A stretch of DNA of 64,000 nt, from the NCBI GenBank assembly GCA_965222375.1, contig CBDCTZ010000016.1, positions 1,376,001 to 1,440,000 of the forward strand. Direction: 5' to 3'. Every line of letters starts with the position of its first letter. Position 1 is the stretch's first letter. Below, one piece after another: positions 40,006-49,487 of this stretch. The notes beneath the pieces were generated by a model that did no database searches, was not told the origin of the DNA, and saw only the letters and a list, made by a program, of their open reading frames with translations. A program made the translations under genes and the position numbers. The DNA is from Polyangiaceae bacterium. Its GTDB lineage: Bacteria > Myxococcota_A > Polyangia > Polyangiales > Polyangiaceae.

Positions 40006-40279
40006 CCCCGGAGCCTAGCCGCTCCCCGCGCTTGGCACTAATAGCTAGTAATATCAAGCACTTGCCGGCTAGGCGCTGACCCCGGTCCCCGGCACCTGGA
40101 ATAGCCACGGCAGGTGCGGGTTGTCGCAACAAGGACGCGCTCTTGCGCGGGCCAAAAATTGCCGGTATTAGCCGGCCCCCTGGCTTACCGACTGCGGTGC
40201 ATCCGCTTGCCGTGACCACCCTCGGCGCCTGGGCTCGAGTGCTTGCACTCGGAGGGTCATTCAAGAGGAGATACATCGT

Positions 40280-40699
40280 TTGGCTTCGGCGTCTTTTTTT
40301 CAAGCCGTACCGCCCGCGCCCGGGCGACCGGCCGCAGGGTCACCCGCACCAGCGCAGCCCGCAGCTGCACCGCAAACGGGTGCGTCGGAAGGTGCTCCGC
40401 CCCCTGCAGGCGAGGCTCCTGGCGCGCTCAGCATGCTCTTTCCGATCCTGCTGCTCTTGCCGCTGCTGTTCATCATGTTCTGGTCGACGCGCTCCCAGCA
40501 GAAAAAGCAGGCAGCCGCGGTTGCAGACCTCAAGAAGGGCGACCGCGTGCTCACTCAGTCCGGCTTGATCGGCAAGCTCGTGGACGTGGGGGATCGCTAT
40601 GCGAAGCTGGAGCTCGCGCCGGGCATCAAAGTCGAAGTGCTGCGTTCCGGCCTGTTAGGCAAGGATACCGGCGAGAAGACAGCGAGCGAAAAGAAGTGA
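40280..40699 (+). CDS. yajC: Preprotein translocase subunit YajC
   Basis: TM followed by LKKGDRVLTQSGLIG; start uncertain. Confidence 0.9.
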   Translation: MASASFFQAVPPAPGRPAAGSPAPAQPAAAPQTGASEGAPPPAGEAPGALSMLFPILLLLPLLFIMFWSTRSQQKKQAAAVADLKKGDRVLTQSGLIGKLVDVGDRYAKLELAPGIKVEVLRSGLLGKDTGEKTASEKK

Positions 40700-40706
40700 G
40701 GACGCT

Positions 40707-42896
40707 GTGACGCAAGCGCACCAAATCATCGCCTACATCTTCGCGGCGGTCTTCCTGCTGTACGGAGTGGTGGGCTACCTCAAGCGGCCGAAACGCGCGC
40801 CGTTGTGGCTCGGAGCGATCATTGCCGCTGCAGGCGGCGGCGCCGCCTGGAGTGATTCCTTTTGGCCTATGGTGCTGATGGGGGTGTTCACGCTCGCTTC
40901 GGGCATTGCGGCGCTGAACGTCGTCGACATGGGTTGGCGCGTGCGCGCCGGCCTCGTGACCAGCGTTGCGCTACTGGGCTTCATGGCACTTTGGCCGACC
41001 ATCTCGGCGCTTTCCGGACACAGCGCCTCAGTGCCCGAGGCCGAGCGCGACAATCTGGCCAAAGCGCGCTTTCCTTGCCCTTCCTGGCTGACCAAGCCGC
41101 GCCCGGTTGGCGAGGACAAAATGGAGGCTCGAAACGACTTCCGCCTCGTTGCAGGATTGGATCTGCGTGGCGGGTTGCGCCTGGTCTACACCGTGGACGT
41201 CGACGAGGCGATCAAGGACAAGCGCGACCGCTACTACGAAGACATGCGGACGAGCTTGGCCAAGGTCTTCGGTCTCCACAGTGGCGATGAGAAACCGTCG
41301 GAAGAGACCCTCGTCAAGCTTCGTGACATCGCCAAGGTGGAGGCCCCGAAACGTCCCGCCAATACGCTGCGCATCACCCTCACGGACAAGGCAGACCCGA
41401 ACAAGATCGACACCCGCTTTCTGGATCAATTCCGGGGTGACCTGACCTTCGCGCAAAGTGCGGACAAGAAGTCCTGGGAGTTCAGCATCAAGGAAGAAAG
41501 CGAGACTCAGATCCGCGAGCGCGCGGTCAACCAGGCTCGCGAAATCATCCTGCGTCGCGTGGACGAGTTGGGTCTCCGAGAAGCTGCCGTCTCCACTCGA
41601 GATGAAGACATCATCATCGAGATCCCGGGCAAGGATGAAAAGGACTTCGCGACGATTCGCGAGATCATCAGTCAGACTGCGCGGTTGGAGTTCAAGCTCC
41701 TCGACGACGATGACGACTTCATGGGTCGAGTCGCGAAGGATGCCAAGGAAGAGAGCCTCCCCAAGGGGCTCGAGTTCCTGCGCGAGAGCGCGCCGGTCGG
41801 CCTGGACGACAACGGCGACCAAATCAACAAGCAGGTTACCTACGCCTACTTGAAGAAGGGCCCGGAAGAGACCTCCCAGGAAGCCCTCAAGCGCATGAAG
41901 GAGTGGGCAGCAACGCTGGAAGCTCCTCCGGACCGAGAGATCGGCTTCGAGATGGCTCGGGTGACGGATCCGGATACCCAGAAAGAGACGGAAGACGGTT
42001 GGCGTACCTATCTTCTGCGCAGCCGCGCGGAAATCACCGGTGACATGGTGCGGGAGGCCGCGGCGGTGCCGGACCAGGGCCAGGGCAGTCTCGGCGGCTG
42101 GTACGTCGCGCTGACGTTTACGGACCAGGGTGGCCGTATCTTCGACCGAATCACCTCGGCCAACGTCAAGCGCCGCTTCGCGATCATCTTGGACAACCGA
42201 GTCGAGAGCACTCCCGTGATCTTGACCCGTATTGCTGGAGGCAACGCGAGCATCACCATGGGCTCCGGTGACCCGCAGGTTCAGCTGCGAGATTCCCGCA
42301 ACCTGGAATTGGTGCTGCGCTCGGGTGCTCTGCCCGCACCCATCTCGCCTTCCAATGAGCAGGCCATCGGGCCCAGCCTCGGCAGGGACTCGATTCGCCT
42401 CGGCGTTCAGGGAGCGCTGGGCGGCGCCATTCTGGTGCTGATCTTCATGTTCATCTACTACCGTCGGGGCGGGCTGATTGCGGACTTTGCGGTCGCGTTC
42501 AACCTGTTTCTACAGCTGGCGGTGCTCGCAACCTTTGGCGCGTCGATGACCTTGCCAGGCATTGCCGGCTTGGCGCTCACAATGGGTATGAGCGTCGACG
42601 CCAACGTGCTCATCAACGAGCGAATAAGAGAAGAACTCAAGTCGGGCAAGAGCCCGAGGGCCGCGGTGGAGTTGGGATACGCCAAGGCGCTATCTGCCAT
42701 CGTGGACGGACAGCTGACCACGCTGATTTCCGGCGTCGTCTTGGCTCAGTACGGCACGGGCCCGATCAAGGGCTTCGCGGTCACCCTGATTGTGGGCGTG
42801 ACCATCAGCATCTTCACGGCGCTGGTCGTGAGCCGGGTGTTGTTCGATCTTTGGGTACGCGGCTTTGGTCGCCTCAAGACCTTGAACATCGGATAA
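40707..42896 (+). CDS. secD: Protein translocase subunit SecD
   Basis: GLDLRGG, RRVDELG, IGPSLG, GMSVDANVLINERIREE. Confidence 0.95.
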   Translation: MTQAHQIIAYIFAAVFLLYGVVGYLKRPKRAPLWLGAIIAAAGGGAAWSDSFWPMVLMGVFTLASGIAALNVVDMGWRVRAGLVTSVALLGFMALWPTISALSGHSASVPEAERDNLAKARFPCPSWLTKPRPVGEDKMEARNDFRLVAGLDLRGGLRLVYTVDVDEAIKDKRDRYYEDMRTSLAKVFGLHSGDEKPSEETLVKLRDIAKVEAPKRPANTLRITLTDKADPNKIDTRFLDQFRGDLTFAQSADKKSWEFSIKEESETQIRERAVNQAREIILRRVDELGLREAAVSTRDEDIIIEIPGKDEKDFATIREIISQTARLEFKLLDDDDDFMGRVAKDAKEESLPKGLEFLRESAPVGLDDNGDQINKQVTYAYLKKGPEETSQEALKRMKEWAATLEAPPDREIGFEMARVTDPDTQKETEDGWRTYLLRSRAEITGDMVREAAAVPDQGQGSLGGWYVALTFTDQGGRIFDRITSANVKRRFAIILDNRVESTPVILTRIAGGNASITMGSGDPQVQLRDSRNLELVLRSGALPAPISPSNEQAIGPSLGRDSIRLGVQGALGGAILVLIFMFIYYRRGGLIADFAVAFNLFLQLAVLATFGASMTLPGIAGLALTMGMSVDANVLINERIREELKSGKSPRAAVELGYAKALSAIVDGQLTTLISGVVLAQYGTGPIKGFAVTLIVGVTISIFTALVVSRVLFDLWVRGFGRLKTLNIG

Positions 42897-42912
42897 GGCC
42901 GGAGACACGACC

Positions 42913-44145
42913 ATGGAATTCTTCAAGTCCGGCAAGACCCTCGACTTCATGAAGTTTCGCCGCCCTGCCGCGGCGGCCAGCCTGATCCTGATTGTTCTGA
43001 GCATCGTTGGCATTTTCAAACCAGGCCCCAATCTGGGCACTGACTTCAAGGGTGGTACCGAGGTCGAGGTCGCCTTCGAAGCGGGTGTGGCCGCTGGGGA
43101 CATCCGCACGGCGGTCCGCAATGCCGGGTTCTCGAACCCGGACGTCGTCAAGGTCGATGACGAAAACAACCCCAACCGCTACCTGATCCGTGTTCAAGAG
43201 GTGAGCACCATCGGCGAAACCAAGCAGGGCGAGATCGAGCGTCGGCTTTGCTACGGCGAGGGCTTAGCCGAGGCCGAGTGCCCTGAAGCGAAGCAGTCAA
43301 CGGAGGTCAAGTTCAGCCCTGGCGGCGACAAGATAACGGTGCGCTTTCGTGAAGCGCCGGACTTGGGCTGGGTTCGCGAGCGCATGTCCACGGTGGATGG
43401 AATCGCCCTTCGCACCGGCGACAACAACCCGATGTTGCAGAACGCTCGGGACAACAAAGTCGAAATCCAACTGATGAGCAAAGGCGATCAGTTGATGGCC
43501 GGGCTGCGCACCGCTCTGGGTGAAGACAAGGTCCCGGAAAACGCGCTGCGGGTGGAGTGGATTGGTCCCAAGGCTGGCTCTCAGCTGCGCGACGCCGCCC
43601 TCAAGAGCATCCTGATCTCCCTCGTCTTCATCATGGCCTACATCGCGTTCCGCTTCGATCTGCGGTTCGCTCCTGGCGCCGTCATGGCGCTGATGCACGA
43701 CGCCATGCTCACCATCGGCATATTGATAGCCCTCGGCAAAGAGCTGAACCTGACCACCGTTGCGGCGATCCTGACCATCATTGGTTATTCCGTGAACGAT
43801 ACGGTGGTGGTCTACGATCGCGTGCGCGAAAATTTGGGCAAGCTCAGGGGATCCACGTTCTCCAATCTCATCAACGTCAGCCTGAGCGAGATGCTGAGTC
43901 GCACGTTGATCACCAGTGGTACGACTATCTTCAGTCTGCTGGCCTTCTTCATTCGCGGAACAGGCACCCTGAAGGACTTTGCTTTCACTCTGATCATCGG
44001 GTTGATCTTGGGTACCTACTCGTCGATCTATATCGCGCTGCCGCTGACGGAGTGGCTTGATCGCATGTTCTTCGGCAGCAAGACCAGCCCCACCAAGAAG
44101 AAGCGCTCTGGGCGCAGCGGCAAGCGCGCCGAAGCCGCGACCTGA
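42913..44145 (+). CDS. secF: Protein translocase subunit SecF
   Basis: GTDFKGG, GYSVNDTVVVYDRVRE, GTYSSIYIA. Confidence 0.95.
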   Translation: MEFFKSGKTLDFMKFRRPAAAASLILIVLSIVGIFKPGPNLGTDFKGGTEVEVAFEAGVAAGDIRTAVRNAGFSNPDVVKVDDENNPNRYLIRVQEVSTIGETKQGEIERRLCYGEGLAEAECPEAKQSTEVKFSPGGDKITVRFREAPDLGWVRERMSTVDGIALRTGDNNPMLQNARDNKVEIQLMSKGDQLMAGLRTALGEDKVPENALRVEWIGPKAGSQLRDAALKSILISLVFIMAYIAFRFDLRFAPGAVMALMHDAMLTIGILIALGKELNLTTVAAILTIIGYSVNDTVVVYDRVRENLGKLRGSTFSNLINVSLSEMLSRTLITSGTTIFSLLAFFIRGTGTLKDFAFTLIIGLILGTYSSIYIALPLTEWLDRMFFGSKTSPTKKKRSGRSGKRAEAAT

Positions 44146-44381
44146 TTGCCCGCGGCTCCCTTGCGCCGCACCGTTTTGGGACGGGTGTGTGCTGGATGTG
44201 GCTTTGGCGCTGCTCGTCGATGCCGCGCAGGGTTGCGTTTTGTTCCACCACGCCGAGCAACTGCTCGTGCTGAGTGGCGCGGCTGTCGTCCCGCCACAGG
44301 CCGTTGCTCTCTTTGGGTGGTCGCGGTGCGCGCGCCCGGAAACGCTGGAAACGGGCGGCGCGGTCCACTATCTTGCCGCCC

Positions 44382-44822
44382 ATGCTCGACACCGGATCGA
44401 TTGCCCCCGACTTTTCCGTGTTGGCCCATGACGGTTCTACCGTGAAACTCAGCAGCCAACGCGGCAAGCACGTCGTACTGTGGTTCTACCCCAAGGCCGA
44501 TACCCCTGGGTGAACGATCCAGGGTTGCGGGTTCCGCGATCGAATTGCCGAGTTTGAAGAAAAGGGCGCCGTGATCTGGGGCGTGTCCTTCGATACCGTG
44601 GCCGAGAACCGCGCCTTCGCGGACAAGTTCAGCTTTCCCTACCTGCTGCTCTGCGACGAGAGTCGCGAGATTGGCATCGCCTATGGCGCCGCTGACAATG
44701 CCGAGGCGGGCTTCGCCAAGCGTATCAGCTACGTGATCGACCCCGAGGGCAAGATCGGCCACGTCTTCGCCGAAGTGGACGTCAAGGCACACGCCGGCGA
44801 CGTGCTCGCGGCTATCGGCTGA
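44382..44822 (+). CDS. bcp: BCP/PrxQ peroxiredoxin, probable selenoprotein (UGA at codon 44)
   Basis: WFYPKADTPG-UGA-TIQGC continues in frame through GVSFD and RISYVIDPEGKI. Confidence 0.88.
44514..44542 (+). promoter_or_regulatory. Bacterial SECIS-like hairpin
   Basis: GGUUGCGG-GUU-CCGCGAUC begins 9 nt after the UGA. Confidence 0.7.
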
Positions 44823-44893
44823 CCAGCTCGTCAGCGTTTTGTCGGATCTGGTTGTTTGGGGGTCGCTTCCCTGTACGGCTCTGGGCCACTACT

Positions 44894-45002
44894 CCCGCGC
44901 AAGGCCGCATTCAGCGCTACGCTCGCAGCCGCCATTTTCTGGCTGACGGTGAAACCCATCCTCGCCCCGCGCAAGGCCGCATTCAGCGCTAGGCTTGCAG
45001 CC
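44894..45002 (+). repeat. 37-bp direct repeat (2 mismatches) with a 35-nt spacer
   Basis: CCCGCGCAAGGCCGCATTCAGCGCTA(C/G)GCT(C/T)GCAGCC at 44894 and 44966. Confidence 0.85.
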
Positions 45003-45527
45003 ATGCGCGTGTGGCTCGTGACGCTGTGTCTGCTCGCTTCCTGCAATCGCAATGGCGAGGCCGCCGATCCCGAGCCGGCTGTTACCGTGACGACTCCGCT
45101 GCCCAGCGCACGGCCGCCGCCGGCGGGTGCAGCTGGTGCAGGGGGCGTAGCGAGTTCACCGCCGGCCGCGTCGCCTGGGGTGGGACCTCGCGGGCCAAGT
45201 CCTGGCGCCTACGCCAGTGGGCCGTGTCCGGGTCGAACCTATGAGCGCATCGTGAACCTCGGGCAGGACGGTGCCGTCGAGATCGCGGATCGTGTGGCAC
45301 CTTGCCCACCGAACGCCAAATGCGTTTGGTCTGGCATCGTGGTTCGGAGCGGAACTTACCGGGTCGAGGGGCCCAGCGCCCTTGGCAAGCCCTTCCGTGT
45401 GGTCTTGGACGTTCAACCTGCGAGCAACCCGAAAGCGAACGCGCTGCCATCACATCTATTGTGGTGGGAGTCCCGAGGCGTGCTGACGGAGCCGGACGAG
45501 AGTTGTAGCTACACTCGGCGCCCTTGA
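45003..45527 (+). CDS. Hypothetical lipoprotein
   Basis: MRVWLVTLCLLASC; PCPPNAKCVWSG. Confidence 0.7.
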   Translation: MRVWLVTLCLLASCNRNGEAADPEPAVTVTTPLPSARPPPAGAAGAGGVASSPPAASPGVGPRGPSPGAYASGPCPGRTYERIVNLGQDGAVEIADRVAPCPPNAKCVWSGIVVRSGTYRVEGPSALGKPFRVVLDVQPASNPKANALPSHLLWWESRGVLTEPDESCSYTRRP

Positions 45528-45787
45528 ACGGCGTCCGGTGTTCAACTGGCCGCCCAACCCCCACCGGCATGCGGGTGGCTTCCAGCCACTCACATGAGCC
45601 ATCGAGGGTGTTGAACCAAATTGACATTGCACGAGAATCCAAAACTGACGTCGTAGAGATTCCGGCGAAAGTCCACGCTGTCGTCGCAATTCGCGACCAA
45701 AAGCGTCGCAGCCTTGGGCGAGTGACCCGGCCGATGCCGTCGTAGAGCCGGGCGGCATTACGACGGCGTTGGCCGGATCGTGACCCG

Positions 45788-46580
45788 TTATTGCGGCAGG
45801 TCGAGCTCCTTGCGCCAGTGGGGTTGCATGAGGACGCGGTTGATCTGCTTGAGGTCGACGGTCTTGGTGCGGTCGCGGACGGCCTCCAGCAGCGCGCTCA
45901 GGCACAGATTGCGTGCGCGGCGCAGGACGCCCTCGGACGAGCGGACGATGAGGCTGAGCGCGTCGTCGGTGAAGGTTGAGTGGGCCAGGGCGACCTTGTC
46001 GAGCTCGGCGCGGATGAAATCGGCGACGCTGTCGGGGGCGAGTTTCTGCATCAGGACGGAATACGTGACTCGATTCTTGATGTCTTCGTTGACGGTCAGC
46101 GCCATGCGACTGAGAAGCTCTGGCTGTGCGACTAGGACCAGGCAGTGGTTTTTCGGGAAGTCCTCGAAGAGCAGACGCAGCCGGCGCAGGGCGCAGATCT
46201 CCATCAGATGCGCGTCGTCGATGATGGGGGCGAGCATCTTGCCAACCGTGTTGAGTCGGCGGGCCTCTTCGATCAGCCGCTTTTTGCAGCGAAAATCGGC
46301 CCCATCGGGCTCGATCTGAAACGCCTCGCACAGGATGCGCAGCGTGGAGTGGTAGGTGTGCAGCGTTCGGTTGACGACCGGTGTGACCAGCCGCTTGGGA
46401 TCGTGCTGGCATAGGGCGTGTTTGACGACGCTCTCGCCCGTGCCGGGCTCGCCGACGATGACGCACCGGCCTCCCTGCTGGCAATGGACGCGCAGGGTGT
46501 CGAGTGCCTCCTGTTGGTGAGGTAACAGCTCCAGCCTCTGCGCTGAAAACGGGTCCTTGGCGAGACCGAACTCGTTTCAT
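45788..46580 (-). pseudogene. ExeA/AAA_22-like transposon ATPase
   Basis: FGLAKDPF, Walker A degenerated to GEPGTGES, Walker B IIDDAH, SEGVLRRARNL; 5' frameshift. Confidence 0.75.
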
Positions 46581-46738
46581 CTTGGGTCCCGGGCGCTCGC
46601 TGCGCCCGCCTTGGACCTGTAGAGCGAGGCGGGCTCGGACCTGGATTGTCGTTTGGTGTTGTTGGCCGCTCGTGAGTCGATGCCACCCGCTGTCCTACGA
46701 GCTGAGCTAGGCCACGGAGCGTGGCGACGAAGGTTCAG

Positions 46739-47310
46739 TTACCGGTCGAACACCCCGCGCTGCAGGCCGATTCGGAAGGCTGACAGTGGCTCCGGAGCGG
46801 CGTCGCCAACCACAACGCGCAGATGTGCCCGTAGCTGTGCCAGCGGCTCACGGGCTGTGCTTGGGGGTGGCGGCGCCTCACGGCTCAGCCGGGCGCGCAG
46901 CGCGCTCTGCGCCCCGCACAGGCGTCGCCACAGCTGGTAGCCGCTCGAAAGCGACAGCGCACCACCCGCCGCGCTGAGCCACGCTGCCCGCCGCGTGAGC
47001 CCAGACAGGACGGCCTGCAAGAAGCACCACAACGTGAGCGTACGCACGACGAAGCCAGACAGCACCGTCGAAGCTTCACCGACAACGTCCGGCCACAACC
47101 GGGCTGCCTACCGCGATCCGAGCAGAAAAAGCGACGACCGCGCACCACTACCTCGGAGCCCCGCTCGGCGTACCCTCGCAGAAAACCGTGGCCGATCAGT
47201 GCTCCGGTGCGGCGGCAGTGCGGACACGCCATGAGCTTGATTCCCTCGAGCACCCCGTCGAGCGCGACTTCCGTTTTCGCGAAGCACGGTGGACTGAGCT
47301 GCGACGGCAA
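46739..47310 (-). pseudogene. Transposon-associated Zn-finger/HTH protein (DUF6431-like)
   Basis: CPHC..LIGHGFLRGY..RRFFCS..GCGRT; frameshift near 47072. Confidence 0.6.
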
Positions 47311-47472
47311 GGGCCGGCTGCCTTATCGACGCGCTCACCCGCTGTCAAAGCTCGCCTCACCTCAGAGCCAGATTGTCGCTGGGTTCCCTACGCCAAAGTC
47401 GGACCTAAGATTGGTACTGCTCTGCTGAGAACTACGACTGGAGAGCGGGTTTCAACACCAGCGGCAGCTGGG

Positions 47473-48165
47473 CTAGGCTCGAGCCACGGGCTGACCGCAC
47501 TCGCGGTTGGCCGGGACCGCCTCCGCGATGTGTTTGGGCGGCGGCAAGCCCAGCTCGTCCATGATCTTGATGAACTCGGCCTTGGTCTTGCCGGCGATTC
47601 GAGGATTGTGTTGTTTCTCTTCGCCAATGCTGGAGCGGGTGTGCCCCTTGTAGTCGTGGCCGGGCCAAACTGTCGTGTCGTCCGCCAGTTCGAAAAGCAC
47701 TCTGGTCAGGGAGTCCCACAGCACCTCGGCGCTGCCGTTCTGAAAGTCCGTTCGCCCAGTACCACGTACCAGTAGCGCATCTCCGGTGAAGACATTGCCG
47801 TCCACGAGAAAACTCAGACTATCGTCGGTGTGTCCAGGTGTCTCGAGAACCCAGATTTCCAGGTCGCCGAGGGCAACACGGTCCCCGTGCTTCACCTGTA
47901 GGTCGGCACACTTGGCTCCGCTTGTGGAGCCGATGCTGTGGGCGCCGGTGCGGTCCCGCAATGCGCCGCTCGCAGTGACGTGGTCTGCATGCACGTGAGT
48001 ATCGAGCACGTATTCGAGGCTCAGGCCGAGCTGTTCGATCACAGCCAGGTCTCGGTCGATCTGTTCCCTTACGGGATCGATCAACGCCGCCTTCTTCGTC
48101 GTCTCGTCGGCAACCAGGTAGGTGTAGGTCGAAGTCTCTCGATCAAAGAGTTGTCGCAGTAGCAT
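47473..48165 (-). CDS. Persulfide dioxygenase (ETHE1-like MBL fold)
   Basis: RQLFDRETSTYTY, THVHADH, TPGHT, FTGD, GRTDFQ, PGHDYKG. Confidence 0.92.
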   Translation of the reverse strand: MLLRQLFDRETSTYTYLVADETTKKAALIDPVREQIDRDLAVIEQLGLSLEYVLDTHVHADHVTASGALRDRTGAHSIGSTSGAKCADLQVKHGDRVALGDLEIWVLETPGHTDDSLSFLVDGNVFTGDALLVRGTGRTDFQNGSAEVLWDSLTRVLFELADDTTVWPGHDYKGHTRSSIGEEKQHNPRIAGKTKAEFIKIMDELGLPPPKHIAEAVPANRECGQPVARA

Positions 48166-48194
48166 TCGGTGTTTCCTCCGTGCCTGGTCTCCTG

Positions 48195-48210
48195 TGCAGG
48201 CTGCATGCCA
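48195..48210 (-). promoter_or_regulatory. Sigma-54 promoter for the dioxygenase
   Basis: TGGCAT-GCAGC-CTGCA (GG-N10-GC). Confidence 0.65.
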
Positions 48211-48224
48211 TCCAAAAATCCCGG

Positions 48225-48290
48225 GAAAACGCCATGCTGGCGAAACGGGCTGAAACACTCTCTGAAACGTTAGCTGAAACGCCATGAAAC
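48225..48290. promoter_or_regulatory. Phased GAAAC repeats, candidate activator sites
   Basis: GAAAC at 48242, 48252, 48264, 48276, 48286. Confidence 0.5.
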
Positions 48291-48364
48291 GCTGGTGCCC
48301 CCGGCAAGTGGCGGAAATGCGACGTTTCTGGCGCTTATCGTGGGGCGTTGCCCACTTCGGCAGC

Positions 48365-48380
48365 TGGCACGGTGGCTGCA
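48365..48380 (+). promoter_or_regulatory. Sigma-54 promoter for the TauE gene
   Basis: TGGCAC-GGTGG-CTGCA. Confidence 0.65.
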
Positions 48381-48394
48381 CTGTTCAGCGTTCG

Positions 48395-49240
48395 ATGTTG
48401 CCCCTCCTCATCGCTTTGTCTGTGCTGATTGGAGTCAGCCTCGGTCTTCTCGGCGGTGGCGGCTCGATTCTGACGGTGCCGATCTTGGTCTACGTGGCCG
48501 GGGTAGAGGCCAAAGCCGCCATCGCCACCAGCCTCTTGGTCGTCGCGGTCACGAGCGCGGCGGGCGTTTTTTCTCACGCGCGTGCGGGTCGGGTGCGATT
48601 TCGCACGGGAGCACTATTTGGCGTAGCGGGCATGGTCGGCGCATACGCTGGCGGGCGCATGGCTGCCTTCGTTCCGGGAGTGTGGTTGCTCGTCGCCTTC
48701 GGGTTGATGATGCTTGCGACCGGCTTCGCGTTGCTGCGCTCCCGCGTGCCAGAACCAACCGTCGTCAAGGAGCTCCCCGTTCTCCGAGTCCTCCTCGATG
48801 GCGTGGTGGTCGGCTTGGTGACGGGCTTGGTGGGCGCCGGTGGCGGGTTCTTGGTAGTGCCAGCGCTGGTACTGCTGGGTGGTATGCCCATGAACGTCGC
48901 GGTGGGAACCTCGCTTTTCGTGATTGCGCTCAAGTCCTCCGCGGGCTTTGCGGGCTACCTCCACAGCGTCGATATCGATTGGACTCTGGCCCTCGCTGTG
49001 ACGGTCGCGGCGACTGCAGGCAGCTTTGTCGGCAGCCGCTTCGTTGGGAAGATTTCCGAGACGGCCCTTCGCAAAGGCTTCGCTGGCTTCGTGCTGTTGA
49101 TGGCCGTCGTGCTCCTGGTCAAAGAGCTGCCCGCGGAACTGGGGCTGCAACTGGGTGCCTTGAGCGCAGTCGGTCTCGGCGCCGCTGTGCTGGCCCTGTT
49201 GGCCGTGGCCGCGAAGCGTATGCTGCGGCGCGCGAGTTAG
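48395..49240 (+). CDS. Sulfite exporter TauE/SafE family
   Basis: GLLGGGGSILTVP, GAGGGFLVVP, AVGTSL. Confidence 0.92.
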   Translation: MLPLLIALSVLIGVSLGLLGGGGSILTVPILVYVAGVEAKAAIATSLLVVAVTSAAGVFSHARAGRVRFRTGALFGVAGMVGAYAGGRMAAFVPGVWLLVAFGLMMLATGFALLRSRVPEPTVVKELPVLRVLLDGVVVGLVTGLVGAGGGFLVVPALVLLGGMPMNVAVGTSLFVIALKSSAGFAGYLHSVDIDWTLALAVTVAATAGSFVGSRFVGKISETALRKGFAGFVLLMAVVLLVKELPAELGLQLGALSAVGLGAAVLALLAVAAKRMLRRAS

Positions 49241-49326
49241 CCCAGCGAGAGACCCGAGGTACTTCGCGAGTCCAGCTGCCAATCGTGGCCCAGGGCGAGA
49301 GGCACCGCCCTGCGCGCCCCAGCGAT

Positions 49327-49406
49327 GCACCCCTTCGGGTATTGCCCCTTCGGGCATCACGAAGCGCGTCACAAGCGCGTCACAAGCGCGTCGACCCAAA
49401 AAACCA
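49327..49406 (+). repeat. Dispersed structured repeat, copy B
   Basis: Two C(UUCG)G hairpins, three tandem AAGCGCGTC units at 11-nt period, GACCCAAAAAACCA end. Confidence 0.85.
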
Positions 49407-49487
49407 AGCTTTCCGGTGGAGAAGGCGTCGATCCCATCTGTGGGCGGGTGGCAATCGATGCCGCCGTGATTAACTTGATCGGGATTG

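Larger units (their letters stand above)
45650..47440 (-). mobile_element. Decayed transposon (Zn-finger ORF and ExeA-like ATPase; transposase absent)
   Basis: Two broken element-type genes with only ~160 bp between them; boundaries approximate. Confidence 0.55.

Noticed and set aside
40031..40065. CIRCE or sigma-54 site at TTGGCACTAATAGC
   Set aside because: No second CIRCE arm; GG-GC spacing is 8, not 10
44894..45002. CRISPR array (37-nt repeat, 35-nt spacer)
   Set aside because: Only two repeats, no GAAAC-type end, no leader or cas genes; copy 2 is the promoter region of the next gene
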